Below are positions 19,700 through 29,885 of a DNA stretch of 57,608 nucleotides, one piece after another. A program made the translations under genes and the position numbers. A model generated the notes under the pieces. That model saw only the letters and a program-made list of their open reading frames with translations, had not been told where the DNA came from and did not search any database. Within the stretch, counting starts at the first letter, position 1. Each line of letters starts with the position of its first letter. The DNA is taken from assembly GCA_018302765.1 (NCBI GenBank), contig JAGVZG010000005.1, positions 1 to 57,608 of the forward strand. Direction: 5' to 3'. This stretch comes from Candidatus Woesearchaeota archaeon (GTDB taxonomy: Archaea > Nanobdellota > Nanobdellia > SCGC-AAA011-G17 > GW2011-AR18).

Positions 19700-21633
19700 T
19701 TTATAGTGACTTCCTTTATTGTACTTGTGTCATTACCAAAAATATCAATCACCTTAATTAATATTTTATATTTTCCAGGTTTAAATTCATGAGAATTAGT
19801 TTCTAACTTTAAATTCGGCGTATCATCACTTCTATAGGCTTGCCATTCATTATGAAATACAGAATTATAGTTCCAATCAACAGCCCAATAATCAATATAA
19901 TCACTCCATTTACTAATTTTCTTTTGGGCTTCTTCAGGAATTGAAGCAACATTTGGGATGATAAAGTCATTTAATTTTACTTTTATCTTATTTTTATCTT
20001 TTAGTAACTCGACTTGTAAATGTGCTAATTCGTAAAACTCTATATCTCCTGCATCTACAGCTCTTTTATCCATAACTTCTCTTGGTATAATTCTTAAGGA
20101 TAAATTAATATCAAACAGGTCTTTAGCTTCTTTTATTACAGAATCATTTAAACCCATCTCCCATTCCCAGCCTAAAATATCTAAATCACTAAATCCTGCT
20201 TTTTTACATTCTTTAAAAACATCAAGAATTTCTATTTTTGTAACTGGAGAATCAACTAATCCAACATGAACTGCCTTATTTCCTTTTTTTCCATGAATAA
20301 ATTCAAAATTATCTAATGGCATAGCATTATAGAGTTTGACTAAAAAATTAACATAATTTTTATAATTCTCTAAATTTTCAGAAGCCCAATATTGTCGTTC
20401 ATATTTACCAAGATTTAAAACCTCAAAAGGATTACATGTTGGAATATCTAGTAATCTTTTTCTTATCGTATGAATTGAAAATCTTCCAATATCGCAACCT
20501 ACCCATTTTCTTTCCATTTTTTCCGCTACAGCCACTGTAGTTCCAGAACCACAGAAGAAATCAGCCACTAAATCTCCAGCATTTGACGAAGCTTCTATAA
20601 CTCTTTGTAAGACCTGTTCTGCATTTTCAGTAGGATATCCTGTAGAAAAAGAATAACCAGGTATATCTGTCCAATTGGTATCTATCAATTGATCTTCTTT
20701 TTCCTCGACAAAATATTCAGGTCTAGGATCATCTTTTTTACACTGGGGGCATTTATTCCATTTACCCTCATAGTGTTCATATTTACAATTTTTACATCTA
20801 AATCTTAATTTTTTTACATCAATCATTTGGTTTATATTATCTTGGGAATATTTGAAGTGTTTACCTACTGGCGGAACTAATTCCTTACCAAAAAATAATT
20901 TTGGACTTCCTTGACCTGCTGAATCATCCATATGCCTCCAAAATGCTTCTCTTTTTTCTTGTAATGCTTTTAAAACTTTATTTAGACTAACATTTTCACT
21001 TTTAGAATAAAAGAAAAGAGAGTCTGTTGCAGTAGGAAAAACTCTTTGAGTTTGAGATTCAGTTACATTTTTTCTTGTCCTATTAATTATTATTTCATTC
21101 CTAAAGTTTTCATATCCGAATATTTCATCTAAAATTAATTTAATATAATGAGAATAATGATAATCAAACCTTACATAAATAGAACCATCTTCTGCAAGTA
21201 AATCTCTCATTAACTTTATTCTTTCATACATATATTGTAAAAAAGAAGAAGGGCCTTCCTTCCACATATTTCTATAAGCAATTTCTTCTATTGCAGAAGG
21301 TTCTTTAGTAACTTCACCCTTATCACCTATTTTAATATTTATGTTCATATTAGTTCCAGTAAAAAATGGTGGATCAATATAGATTAATTTTATTTTACCA
21401 GCAATCTGAGAATCTTTTAATAAAGAAGCAAGAACATATTTATTATCTCCCCAAATGAGTCTATTTAACCAACTGCTTTCATTAGTTTTAGGAATGTGTC
21501 TTAATAATGTATCCTTACCTGTTCTAGATATAGATACTGTTTCTATTTTTTGAAATGGTAATAAAACTTTTTCAACTTCTAATTTTTTACCTTTCCAATT
21601 AATTTCTACATCAGCCATCAAAATACTTACCAA
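19696..21633 (-). CDS. mod: Type III DNA adenine methyltransferase subunit
   Basis: YIDPPF (motif IV) before DFFCGSGTT (motif I), beta class; 4-nt overlap with res. Confidence 0.9.
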   Translation of the reverse strand: MVSILMADVEINWKGKKLEVEKVLLPFQKIETVSISRTGKDTLLRHIPKTNESSWLNRLIWGDNKYVLASLLKDSQIAGKIKLIYIDPPFFTGTNMNINIKIGDKGEVTKEPSAIEEIAYRNMWKEGPSSFLQYMYERIKLMRDLLAEDGSIYVRFDYHYSHYIKLILDEIFGYENFRNEIIINRTRKNVTESQTQRVFPTATDSLFFYSKSENVSLNKVLKALQEKREAFWRHMDDSAGQGSPKLFFGKELVPPVGKHFKYSQDNINQMIDVKKLRFRCKNCKYEHYEGKWNKCPQCKKDDPRPEYFVEEKEDQLIDTNWTDIPGYSFSTGYPTENAEQVLQRVIEASSNAGDLVADFFCGSGTTVAVAEKMERKWVGCDIGRFSIHTIRKRLLDIPTCNPFEVLNLGKYERQYWASENLENYKNYVNFLVKLYNAMPLDNFEFIHGKKGNKAVHVGLVDSPVTKIEILDVFKECKKAGFSDLDILGWEWEMGLNDSVIKEAKDLFDINLSLRIIPREVMDKRAVDAGDIEFYELAHLQVELLKDKNKIKVKLNDFIIPNVASIPEEAQKKISKWSDYIDYWAVDWNYNSVFHNEWQAYRSDDTPNLKLETNSHEFKPGKYKILIKVIDIFGNDTSTIKEVTIK

Positions 21634-21721
21634 TTTGTACTTATTTAAAATCCTTTCTTTTTGGGTAATATCAATAATTTATTTAATCTAATGCATTTAT
21701 AAATAATTTCTTATCTATAAA

Positions 21722-23224
21722 ATGATGCAAATATTAACAAAGTCTAATTATATTCTCGGCTTGGAATGTCCCAAGTATTTATGGCTTAAAGTTAATCATC
21801 CTGAAAAAATAAAGGAGCCGTCAGTTGCTGATAAGTTCAGAATGGAAGATGGTGAGAAAGTAGGGATAGAAGCAAAGAAACTTTTTCCTGAAGGCATAGA
21901 CCTTTCAATGCATAAATATAATGAAAATCCTAAAAAAACAAAAGAAGCATTAAAGGAAAAGAAACCTTTATTTGAAGCAGGGTTTGAATTTAATAACTTA
22001 TTTTCAAGAGCAGACATACTTTTTCCAGTGGATAATGAATGGGATATTGTAGAAGTTAAAGCTTCAACAAAAACAAAAAAAGTAAACATTTATGATGTTG
22101 CATTTCAGAAATATGTATATGAAGGAAGCGGAATAAAAATAAGAAAATGTTTCATACTCCACTTAAATAAGGATTATACAAAATATGCAAATCTAAATCT
22201 GGAAAAACTTTTTGAAAAAGAAGAAATAACTAAAGAAGTTAATGAGCTAATTGACAAAATACCTGAAAGAATAAATAATATTATCCAATTTTTATCACAA
22301 AAAGAACCACCAAAAGCAGGATTAATATTAGAAATTCCATTTAGTGATGGAAGCCATGACTGCAAAACAGAAAACTGCCTTGAACTTCCAGAAAATAACG
22401 TATTCTGCCTTTATAGATGTGGAAAGTTAGGAGCAGAACTTTACGAAAAAGGAATAAAACTAATAAAAGACATAACTGAAGAAATAAAACTAAACGCTAA
22501 ACAAAGTATTCAAAGAACCTGTGAAAAAGAAGGGAAGGTAAATGTTGATAAAGAAAAAATAAAAGAATTCTTAGACAAACTTCAATATCCATTACATTAC
22601 CTTGATTTTGAAACTTTCAATACAGCTATACCAATGTTTGACGGAACAAGACCTTATTCGCAAATACCATTCCAGTTTTCACTTCATACAGTAGAAAAAG
22701 AAAATGGTCGTTTAGTGCATTATGAATTTCTTTATAATGGAAAAGAAGACCCAAGAAAAGACTTCATTACAGCATTAAACGGATCACTTGGAGAGAAAGG
22801 AACAATAATAGTATACAACCAGTCATTCGAAATAAATAGAATGAAAGAACTTGCAGTAAACTTTCCAGAATACAAAGCATGGGTAGAAAATATCCCTTTA
22901 AGAACTGTTGACTTATTAGATATATTCAGAGAATTCAGTTATTACAATCCAAAACAGCAGGGAAGCGCTTCCATTAAAAAAGTCCTTCCTGCGTTGACTG
23001 GAAAAACTTACAAAGGAATGGCAATATCTGACGGCGGGACTGCTTCAGTTGAATTTTTTAATGCGCATTATACAGATACTACTCAAGAAAAAAGAAAACA
23101 GGTGAGAGAAGACTTGCTGAAATACTGCGGACTTGATACAGAAGCGGAAATTATGATTATTGATAAGTTAAGAGAATTGGTCAAAGAAAAGCTTAAATTG
23201 GAGGTTAAATCTAAAAACGATTAA
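21722..23224 (+). CDS. DUF2779-like nuclease (N-terminal PD-(D/E)XK + C-terminal RNase H-like exonuclease)
   Basis: LECPKYLWL, RADIL...VEVKAST, YLDFET, FQFSLH, SIKKVLPAL, YCGLDT. Confidence 0.75.
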   Translation: MMQILTKSNYILGLECPKYLWLKVNHPEKIKEPSVADKFRMEDGEKVGIEAKKLFPEGIDLSMHKYNENPKKTKEALKEKKPLFEAGFEFNNLFSRADILFPVDNEWDIVEVKASTKTKKVNIYDVAFQKYVYEGSGIKIRKCFILHLNKDYTKYANLNLEKLFEKEEITKEVNELIDKIPERINNIIQFLSQKEPPKAGLILEIPFSDGSHDCKTENCLELPENNVFCLYRCGKLGAELYEKGIKLIKDITEEIKLNAKQSIQRTCEKEGKVNVDKEKIKEFLDKLQYPLHYLDFETFNTAIPMFDGTRPYSQIPFQFSLHTVEKENGRLVHYEFLYNGKEDPRKDFITALNGSLGEKGTIIVYNQSFEINRMKELAVNFPEYKAWVENIPLRTVDLLDIFREFSYYNPKQQGSASIKKVLPALTGKTYKGMAISDGGTASVEFFNAHYTDTTQEKRKQVREDLLKYCGLDTEAEIMIIDKLRELVKEKLKLEVKSKND

Positions 23225-23787
23225 TGGGAATCTCCTATAAAAATTTCTGGTCGTTGAATCCTGATGAAGCAGTTACAACAGGAATATTAAGAAATTATTT
23301 AAAAGATGAAATGGGTGTTTTCATGCCTTTGGATGCTCAGTTCAAAGATATAGATCTGTTAGTTACTAATCTTAAAAATAAAAAATCAGTCACTTTGCAA
23401 GTTAAGGGCAGCAGAGCTTATGAACCAAAAAAATCAGAAACAAAAAGATTTGGTTATGGTTCTGCAGGTTGGTTTTATCTTAAGGCAGAAACAATTATGC
23501 AATGCCAAGCAGATTATTTTGTATTCTTAGTATATGTGTTAAGAGATGATCCTGAAAATGGAAGAAGACATACAGAACCTCATATTGTTGTCATTAGTAC
23601 CAAAGAATTGCAAAAATTATGCAAGAATAAAACATTGTCTAATGGCAGATATAATTTCTTTATATGGATAAATCCAAAAGAAAATAAGGCATTTGACTTT
23701 AGAGAGATTAATAGTAAAGGAATAATGGATTTAAGTTCCTATTTAAATGACAAAGGACTTGAAAAACTAAAAAACCAATTAAAATGA
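23224..23787 (+). CDS. PD-(D/E)XK-like nuclease (QxK variant)
   Basis: DIDLLV...TLQVKGS; start overlaps the upstream stop codon. Confidence 0.55.
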   Translation: MGISYKNFWSLNPDEAVTTGILRNYLKDEMGVFMPLDAQFKDIDLLVTNLKNKKSVTLQVKGSRAYEPKKSETKRFGYGSAGWFYLKAETIMQCQADYFVFLVYVLRDDPENGRRHTEPHIVVISTKELQKLCKNKTLSNGRYNFFIWINPKENKAFDFREINSKGIMDLSSYLNDKGLEKLKNQLK

Positions 23788-23908
23788 GTTCTAAAGGCGT
23801 ATTAGCAAGTTATATAAATAACCTATACTCAAAAGTAGATAATAAAAAGAGGTGGGATGAGATAGTTTTCTACTACCTCTTTCTACCTTCTAAAACAAGT
23901 GATAACTA

Positions 23909-25294
23909 ATGTGGAAAAGTCCAATATATAAATTTCGTATACCCAAGAAGCAGAACGAGGAATCAGACGAACTGGTAGAACTAGTATTTGATGTAACTGG
24001 TTCAGCACCTTCATTTAAAGAACCTAGTGATGAATTAATTGCGATACTTGATGAAATATTTAAATCAAAGGATTTCAGCAGTATCGAAAGTGTGATAGAA
24101 TTCGGCGCAGCTAAACTAAAAAATATCCCTTTTATTCTAAAACATGGAAAGACAGTTTGCGCAGTTGAATTCGAAGAATTATCAAAAAACCCTATAACAA
24201 TCAAAAACATTAAGAAGTGTGAAAAATTTGGAGACAAATTCCAGAACTTATTATTCCCAAATCCATTTATCACTGATACTAAAAAATTTGACTTGGCACT
24301 TTTATTAAACGTTCCACCAGTTATGCCTGTTCCAGTAGAAAGACTATATCTTTTAGACTTAATTTATGAAAAAGTTAAAAATGGAAAATATTTATTATGG
24401 GTTGCACAGAAGGAAGGATCATATAAAGCAGATAGAGAATCTGGAAAATTCTTTTGTGGAGATGGTATTTGGCAAGGAAAAAACAGATACAATAAGACAT
24501 TTTACAAATATTTCAATCATGAGGATTTAGATGAAATGATGTCGCTATACGGATTTAAGCTGATACAAAAGTGGAATCTAGGAAGTGATGCAAGATTTTA
24601 TGAGAAAACAGATTATAATCTGTTTAATAATATTATAACTCAAAAAAGGATATTAAACACAATTAAATATGAAAACAATATTCCTGATCCAAAAGATACT
24701 AAACCTATGATAGTAGAGAAAAGCGATGAAATAAAACTAATTATTCCAAATCCTAGAGAATTCTCAATTGAATCTTTATATATAGAAAAAATAAAGAGTA
24801 TACCGGAAGGCAAAGATAATGCTGAATTATATCATAGAATTGTTTCTCATGCTATTGCAAGAGTATTTAGAGGATCTCTTAGAAATATGGATCTTAAAAC
24901 AGAAATAAAAGATGGGGTAAAGATAATTGATACAATATTCACAAATTGTGCAAAGGATGGTTTCTTTCACAATCTAAAAGAAGAAGTAAAATGTAATTTT
25001 CCAATAGTGGAAGTAAAAAATTATACAGATGATACAAAAAATCCAGAGATAGACCAACTCAATGGGAGATTTAACAAAAATCATGGTCATTTTGGCATAT
25101 TGGTATGTCGAAATATTAAAAACGAAGATGCAATGTATACAAGATGTAGTACAGTCTTACCAGAACACGTAATACTTTTCCTAACAGACAAAGATATTTT
25201 TGAATTATTAGAATTATCGAGAGAACAAAATTCTGCAGAGATAAGCGATTTTATGGATAAAAAGCTTAGGACACTATTATTTAAAAAAGGATAA
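23909..25294 (+). CDS. SAM-methyltransferase-fold / Mrr-like restriction endonuclease fusion
   Basis: N-terminal VIEFGAAKLKN...FDLALLLNV; C-terminal IDTIF...IVEVKNY...EIDQL...FGILVCR. Confidence 0.55.
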   Translation: MWKSPIYKFRIPKKQNEESDELVELVFDVTGSAPSFKEPSDELIAILDEIFKSKDFSSIESVIEFGAAKLKNIPFILKHGKTVCAVEFEELSKNPITIKNIKKCEKFGDKFQNLLFPNPFITDTKKFDLALLLNVPPVMPVPVERLYLLDLIYEKVKNGKYLLWVAQKEGSYKADRESGKFFCGDGIWQGKNRYNKTFYKYFNHEDLDEMMSLYGFKLIQKWNLGSDARFYEKTDYNLFNNIITQKRILNTIKYENNIPDPKDTKPMIVEKSDEIKLIIPNPREFSIESLYIEKIKSIPEGKDNAELYHRIVSHAIARVFRGSLRNMDLKTEIKDGVKIIDTIFTNCAKDGFFHNLKEEVKCNFPIVEVKNYTDDTKNPEIDQLNGRFNKNHGHFGILVCRNIKNEDAMYTRCSTVLPEHVILFLTDKDIFELLELSREQNSAEISDFMDKKLRTLLFKKG

Positions 25295-26191
25295 TTTTTC
25301 AGCAATTTCTCTCGCCATCTTATGTGGCACAGCATTTCCTATTTGTTTAATCATAGAAGTTTTAGAACCTTGAAATAAAAATCCATCTGGAAAACTTTGC
25401 AATCTTGCTAATTCTCTTGGTGTTAATAGCCTGTGTTCAAATGGATGAATGAATAATGGTTTTGTCGCAACAGTTGGTGAATATTTATTTGGATGTAACC
25501 GTTGTCTAGAAAAGTTATATTTCTTTGATAATTTCCCGCCAAATTCTAAAATTTCTATCCTTTGTTTTGTTTCTTCAGTTATTCCAATAGATTCATGTGC
25601 ATTAAAATTTTCAGGAATATTAGAAATGGCTTGCATAACATTTATTTTTTCTGCTTGCGGTTCTGGATATAGGTTTAATTTTTTAGCAGTAATAATAACC
25701 CGTTCTCTATTTTGTGCGATTCCATAATCTTTTGCATTTAATATTTTATAAGAAACATGATACTCTAATTTAATTAAATCTAAAATTATTTTGTTTATGA
25801 CTTTTTCTCCATCATTATCCTCCATACTTAAAATTCCCTTAACATTTTCCATAATAATAAGTTTTGGTTTAATTATTTTTACAAACCTTAGATAATGTTT
25901 GTATAATTTATTTCTAGGATCATTATTGTCTCGTTTTCCAGCCATACTGAATCCCTGACATGGCGGACCGCCAATAATCACGTCAATTTTTCCTTCATAC
26001 TCTTTTATTGTTGCATCAGGAATCTTAGTAATGTCAAAACCAAAATGTTTAGTATTAGGATGATTTAGTTTGTACGTTTCAATAGCAGGTTTCCAGTATT
26101 CAACAAAACCAACAACCTCAAATCCAGCCTGCATAAAGCCCGAGCTAAAGCCACCGCATCCACTAAATAAGTCTAGAACTGTTGGTTTCAT
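25277..26191 (-). CDS. DNA cytosine-5 methyltransferase
   Basis: DLFSGCGG, GGPPCQGFS, ENVKG, QNRER, RELARLQSFPD, QIGNAV; start placed at MKPTVL. Confidence 0.95.
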   Translation of the reverse strand: MKPTVLDLFSGCGGFSSGFMQAGFEVVGFVEYWKPAIETYKLNHPNTKHFGFDITKIPDATIKEYEGKIDVIIGGPPCQGFSMAGKRDNNDPRNKLYKHYLRFVKIIKPKLIIMENVKGILSMEDNDGEKVINKIILDLIKLEYHVSYKILNAKDYGIAQNRERVIITAKKLNLYPEPQAEKINVMQAISNIPENFNAHESIGITEETKQRIEILEFGGKLSKKYNFSRQRLHPNKYSPTVATKPLFIHPFEHRLLTPRELARLQSFPDGFLFQGSKTSMIKQIGNAVPHKMAREIAEKLSFFK

Positions 26192-26235
26192 TTTGAGTAG
26201 AAATTGATTTAAACCATAGTAAGAAATCAATCTCA

Positions 26236-26655
26236 ATGAAGGTTCAATATCCTGAAATACAAATTGCTCTAGATGACGTAATTACTGCATTTCATAAAAT
26301 GCAAAAGAATAGAGGACATCCCGTAACACAAGATCATATAAATAAATTCAAAGCGTTTGATTGGACTCAAAGTCAGATTAATCCTTTAGAAGTCATTAAT
26401 CCATATGATAATTTTAGAGACATTCCTTTATCACGGAATGGATTAACAATGAAAGAAGTGCTTGAGGAAGTTATACAAAGCAAAAATGTAGAGGTTATTA
26501 CAATTATTTCTAAGCCATTAGTTGGTGCACCACCTGTAATTGTATTTCATAGATATGATAGTAAATTTCAAGTAGATGATGGTTGCGGACGATTATTAGC
26601 AGCATGTAAACAGGACATTAAAGCAATTGATGCATTTATTGGAAGAAAAAAATAA
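26236..26655 (+). CDS. ParB/Srx-like N-terminal domain protein
   Basis: PPVIV...FQVDDGCGRLLAA resembles the ParB DGxxR motif. Confidence 0.5.
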   Translation: MKVQYPEIQIALDDVITAFHKMQKNRGHPVTQDHINKFKAFDWTQSQINPLEVINPYDNFRDIPLSRNGLTMKEVLEEVIQSKNVEVITIISKPLVGAPPVIVFHRYDSKFQVDDGCGRLLAACKQDIKAIDAFIGRKK

Positions 26656-26734
26656 TGTAACGCGGAAATCTACACGGAAACGACACCATTAAGTCATATA
26701 AACTATTTTCGAAGCGGAAAAACCTCCCCATATA

Positions 26735-29700
26735 TCAATTAAATATTACATTAATTATCTTAGACAACTGTGATCTACTAATAACCACAATATCATATTT
26801 TTTATAATTATTTAAAAGTTGAAAATTAGTCAATAAAATAAAACAGCGTTTTCCATATTTATTCTTTAGATTTGTAAACTTTTCATTAAGACGTTCTTTA
26901 TGTTTTTTATAATCTATACCTGTTTCTATTTCAATAGCCCATTTTTTGCCCTTCTTATCTTCAAATACAATATCTTCTTTTCCAGCAACATTAATGCTTA
27001 CTTTATCTGTTTTTGTTTTAATAGATTCATAACAAAGAGCAACAACAAAAGAATGCAGTAAACCTTCTGGTTTTTTCTCTTTCACATAATATTCATTGGG
27101 GTTACCATTTGTATCAAATTTATGAAATCTTCCTACCCCATAACCATGACTTAACAAGTATTCTTTTTCTTCAAGACTTAATTTATTGCCTTCATAATAA
27201 TCTTTATTTATATCCAGTTTAATATCAAAGTTTCCTTTCTTATCTTCTGTTTTACTTTTATTCTTCTCTTCTTTAATCTCATCTGGATTTGTTGTAATAA
27301 GTTTATGTTCTTCAGGACTTGCTTTAATTTCTAATTCCTGATGTTCATTATCTAAAATTAATAAACCATTTCCCACATTACACGTTAGTAAGAAATTCTT
27401 TTCATGTTTGCTCAAATTAAAGACTTTTGCAACATTATCAATAATTGCTGGTTTCTGTCTGAGTAAAAATGTGTATGAACTATTAGCTAATGCTGCATGT
27501 CCTGCTTTTGAATTGACTAAATCCGAAACATCCTGAGTAATCATAAGTAATCCTAAATTGAATTTACGGCACGTCTTGACAATTTCAAAGATGTAACCTT
27601 CTTCTTCAGCTCTTGCAAGCAAACTCCATGCTTCGTCTAACACTAAGAGCTTTCTGTCTAAGTTTTCCTTCATTTTTTCATAAATATAATCCAACACTAA
27701 GAACATAATAACAGGTTTGACTTGTTTTGGCATTGAACCGATATTAAAGCAGACAAAGTCATTATTGAAATTAATATTCGTTTGTTTATCTAAAAAACCA
27801 AAAACGCCTTTTGTTGTATAAATATAAAGTCTATTAACTAAAGCAGTATAAGTTACTTTTTCCATACTTGACGCTTGTCTTTCCATAGACATGAGCGTTT
27901 CATGCAAGTCTGAAATAATTGGCGGAGTTCTATGAATATCAGAGTCTTTCTTAATATATTTCTTAGAATAAGTTTCATCTATTGCCTTGTCTAAAATAGC
28001 TCTTTGTACTTCTGTTAAGTCTCCAAGCATCACCTTAAATAAATCAATTAAACTTAGTCTTTTATCTTCATAGCTTTTACCCATTAAGTCTAAAGGATTA
28101 ATAATGGTCTTACTATCTTTAGAAATAGTAATTATTTGTCCTTTACATTCTTTAGTTATCCCTAAGTATTCAGACTGAGGATCGACTATTAATATCTTAG
28201 TTCCCTGTAAAAATAATCTAGTTAATAGTAATTTAGTAAAATAACTTTTACCCCCTCCTGAAGTAGCCAAGACTAAGCCGTTAGCATTAGTTAACTTGTA
28301 AATATCTTTAATGAATGGAATTTTGTTTTTATTTAAACCCAGCATTATTCCGTCTAAATCTGTATTTAGAAAAGGGCTTGTAAATGGAAAGAAAGCACTT
28401 AATCCTTCTGTAGTTATGTTTCTTTTCAACTTTAAACTATCATCTGATATTGGTATTATTGACTTAAAAGCATCAGCCTGTCTGAATAATGGAACAGAAG
28501 GCTGGATCATTATAGAATTTAATTCTGAAGAAACTTTCCTGCTTAGTAAATCTAAATCATGTTTAGCTTTTAGTAAAGTCTTATTTTCAATTAAAGAATT
28601 AACTTTATGATTGTAAACTTCTTCAGATTCTTTCTTTCTGGGATTATTCTTCTTTACTTCTTCTATTTCTTTTTCATTTAGTTTATAATAATCTAAAGGC
28701 TTTGTTTTACAGTTAATATAAAGACTAAAATTGAATAGTTTTTGATTTCCCTTTTGAAGTTCTTCTAAAGTCTTTCTTGTTGCAGAATGTTTTATTTCCA
28801 AAGAAGGATTTGCTATTCCTTTTAATGAATCTGTGTAAATATCAGCTTTCTGCTTCTTTAATTCATTATTTAATTGTATTAACATAAAATCTATTGGAAA
28901 GGGCTCAATATGAATAGAAACATCATAATTATCATTTGAACTTATTATTTTATCTAAAAATCCTTTTTCTACAATATTAGGATATCCTATGCTTGCTACT
29001 ATTCTGTTTAATGAATTATTTACAATTAAGTAGTCTTTCTTATTTATTATTAATTTAGGGCTTGTTAAGTAATTTTCTTTATTTTTTACTTCTCCTTCTT
29101 TTAGTTCTATGTCTAAATTATAAGGATTAAAATAATTATGCAATTTATTTAATAATTCATTTTTATTTACTATATTTGTTTTTAATCCAATGCTTCTTAG
29201 CTTTTCTGTTAAAATATTAGTTTGTATTTCCAGATTTGAAGATTCTTTTATTATTATGTAGAACTTTCTATTTTTTATTTCGTTGTTGTTTATTTCTTTG
29301 TTTATGAAGTTCTTATAAAAATTAAATAAAGCTTTATTTTTAGTCTTACTTTCTAGTTTATTATAATGATCTTCTAAGCTTATATTTTCAGAAGCTATGA
29401 TAATTTGAATAGGAAAATCTATTGAGTTTAATAGTTTTTGAAAACCTAGAATAATTGCTTCCTGCTCTAATTCAGTTTTTATATTAAAGTTAATTGAATG
29501 AACTTCTAAAACTGCTATTTTCTGGTTTTTGTTGTTTATTATGTAATTATTTACTTCTTTTATCCCTATAAATTCTTTCATTAAATTTGAATAAATATCT
29601 GCTTTTCTGAATTTGTAAAAATGATAAAGATTTTTTATCCATTCTTTTCCTTTAAAAAACATGAATAAAACTGCTGACGTTGTGGTTATTCCTATTAAGG

Positions 29701-29845
29701 TAAATTTAATACTTGAATTATTTATTACTTTAAAGATAACTCCGTCTATTAGTAAAGCAGTTCCTGCATAGAGAAGCTGTTCAAAAGTTAAATTGAAAAT
29801 TATCTTCTCTTTATGCTGTAGTGGCGGCGGTATTTCGTATGACAT
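26735..29845 (-). CDS. virB4: VirB4/TraE-like ATPase with N-terminal PrgI-like domain and C-terminal PD-(D/E)XK-like domain
   Basis: MSYEIPPPL..KEKIIFNLTFEQ (PrgI-like); ATSGGGKS Walker A; LDEAW Walker B; LLMITQ; EDIVF...WAIEIETG. Confidence 0.8.
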   Translation of the reverse strand: MSYEIPPPLQHKEKIIFNLTFEQLLYAGTALLIDGVIFKVINNSSIKFTLIGITTTSAVLFMFFKGKEWIKNLYHFYKFRKADIYSNLMKEFIGIKEVNNYIINNKNQKIAVLEVHSINFNIKTELEQEAIILGFQKLLNSIDFPIQIIIASENISLEDHYNKLESKTKNKALFNFYKNFINKEINNNEIKNRKFYIIIKESSNLEIQTNILTEKLRSIGLKTNIVNKNELLNKLHNYFNPYNLDIELKEGEVKNKENYLTSPKLIINKKDYLIVNNSLNRIVASIGYPNIVEKGFLDKIISSNDNYDVSIHIEPFPIDFMLIQLNNELKKQKADIYTDSLKGIANPSLEIKHSATRKTLEELQKGNQKLFNFSLYINCKTKPLDYYKLNEKEIEEVKKNNPRKKESEEVYNHKVNSLIENKTLLKAKHDLDLLSRKVSSELNSIMIQPSVPLFRQADAFKSIIPISDDSLKLKRNITTEGLSAFFPFTSPFLNTDLDGIMLGLNKNKIPFIKDIYKLTNANGLVLATSGGGKSYFTKLLLTRLFLQGTKILIVDPQSEYLGITKECKGQIITISKDSKTIINPLDLMGKSYEDKRLSLIDLFKVMLGDLTEVQRAILDKAIDETYSKKYIKKDSDIHRTPPIISDLHETLMSMERQASSMEKVTYTALVNRLYIYTTKGVFGFLDKQTNINFNNDFVCFNIGSMPKQVKPVIMFLVLDYIYEKMKENLDRKLLVLDEAWSLLARAEEEGYIFEIVKTCRKFNLGLLMITQDVSDLVNSKAGHAALANSSYTFLLRQKPAIIDNVAKVFNLSKHEKNFLLTCNVGNGLLILDNEHQELEIKASPEEHKLITTNPDEIKEEKNKSKTEDKKGNFDIKLDINKDYYEGNKLSLEEKEYLLSHGYGVGRFHKFDTNGNPNEYYVKEKKPEGLLHSFVVALCYESIKTKTDKVSINVAGKEDIVFEDKKGKKWAIEIETGIDYKKHKERLNEKFTNLKNKYGKRCFILLTNFQLLNNYKKYDIVVISRSQLSKIINVIFN

Positions 29846-29885
29846 GAGAAGGAAAGTTTAAAAATTAGTTGTATAAATCAATCAT

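Noticed and set aside
19696-21633. Phase-variable mod (phasevarion)
   Set aside because: No simple-sequence repeat tract seen; homopolymers are short and ordinary for this AT content
21722-23224. Cas4-like nuclease suggesting a CRISPR locus
   Set aside because: No repeat-spacer array and no cas1/cas2 seen anywhere in the window; DUF2779-like proteins are often stand-alone
23846-23882. AAAGAGGT/ACCTCTTT inverted repeat as a fourth TATA-straddling operator
   Set aside because: The 21-nt spacer contains no TATA box; more likely a terminator-like hairpin
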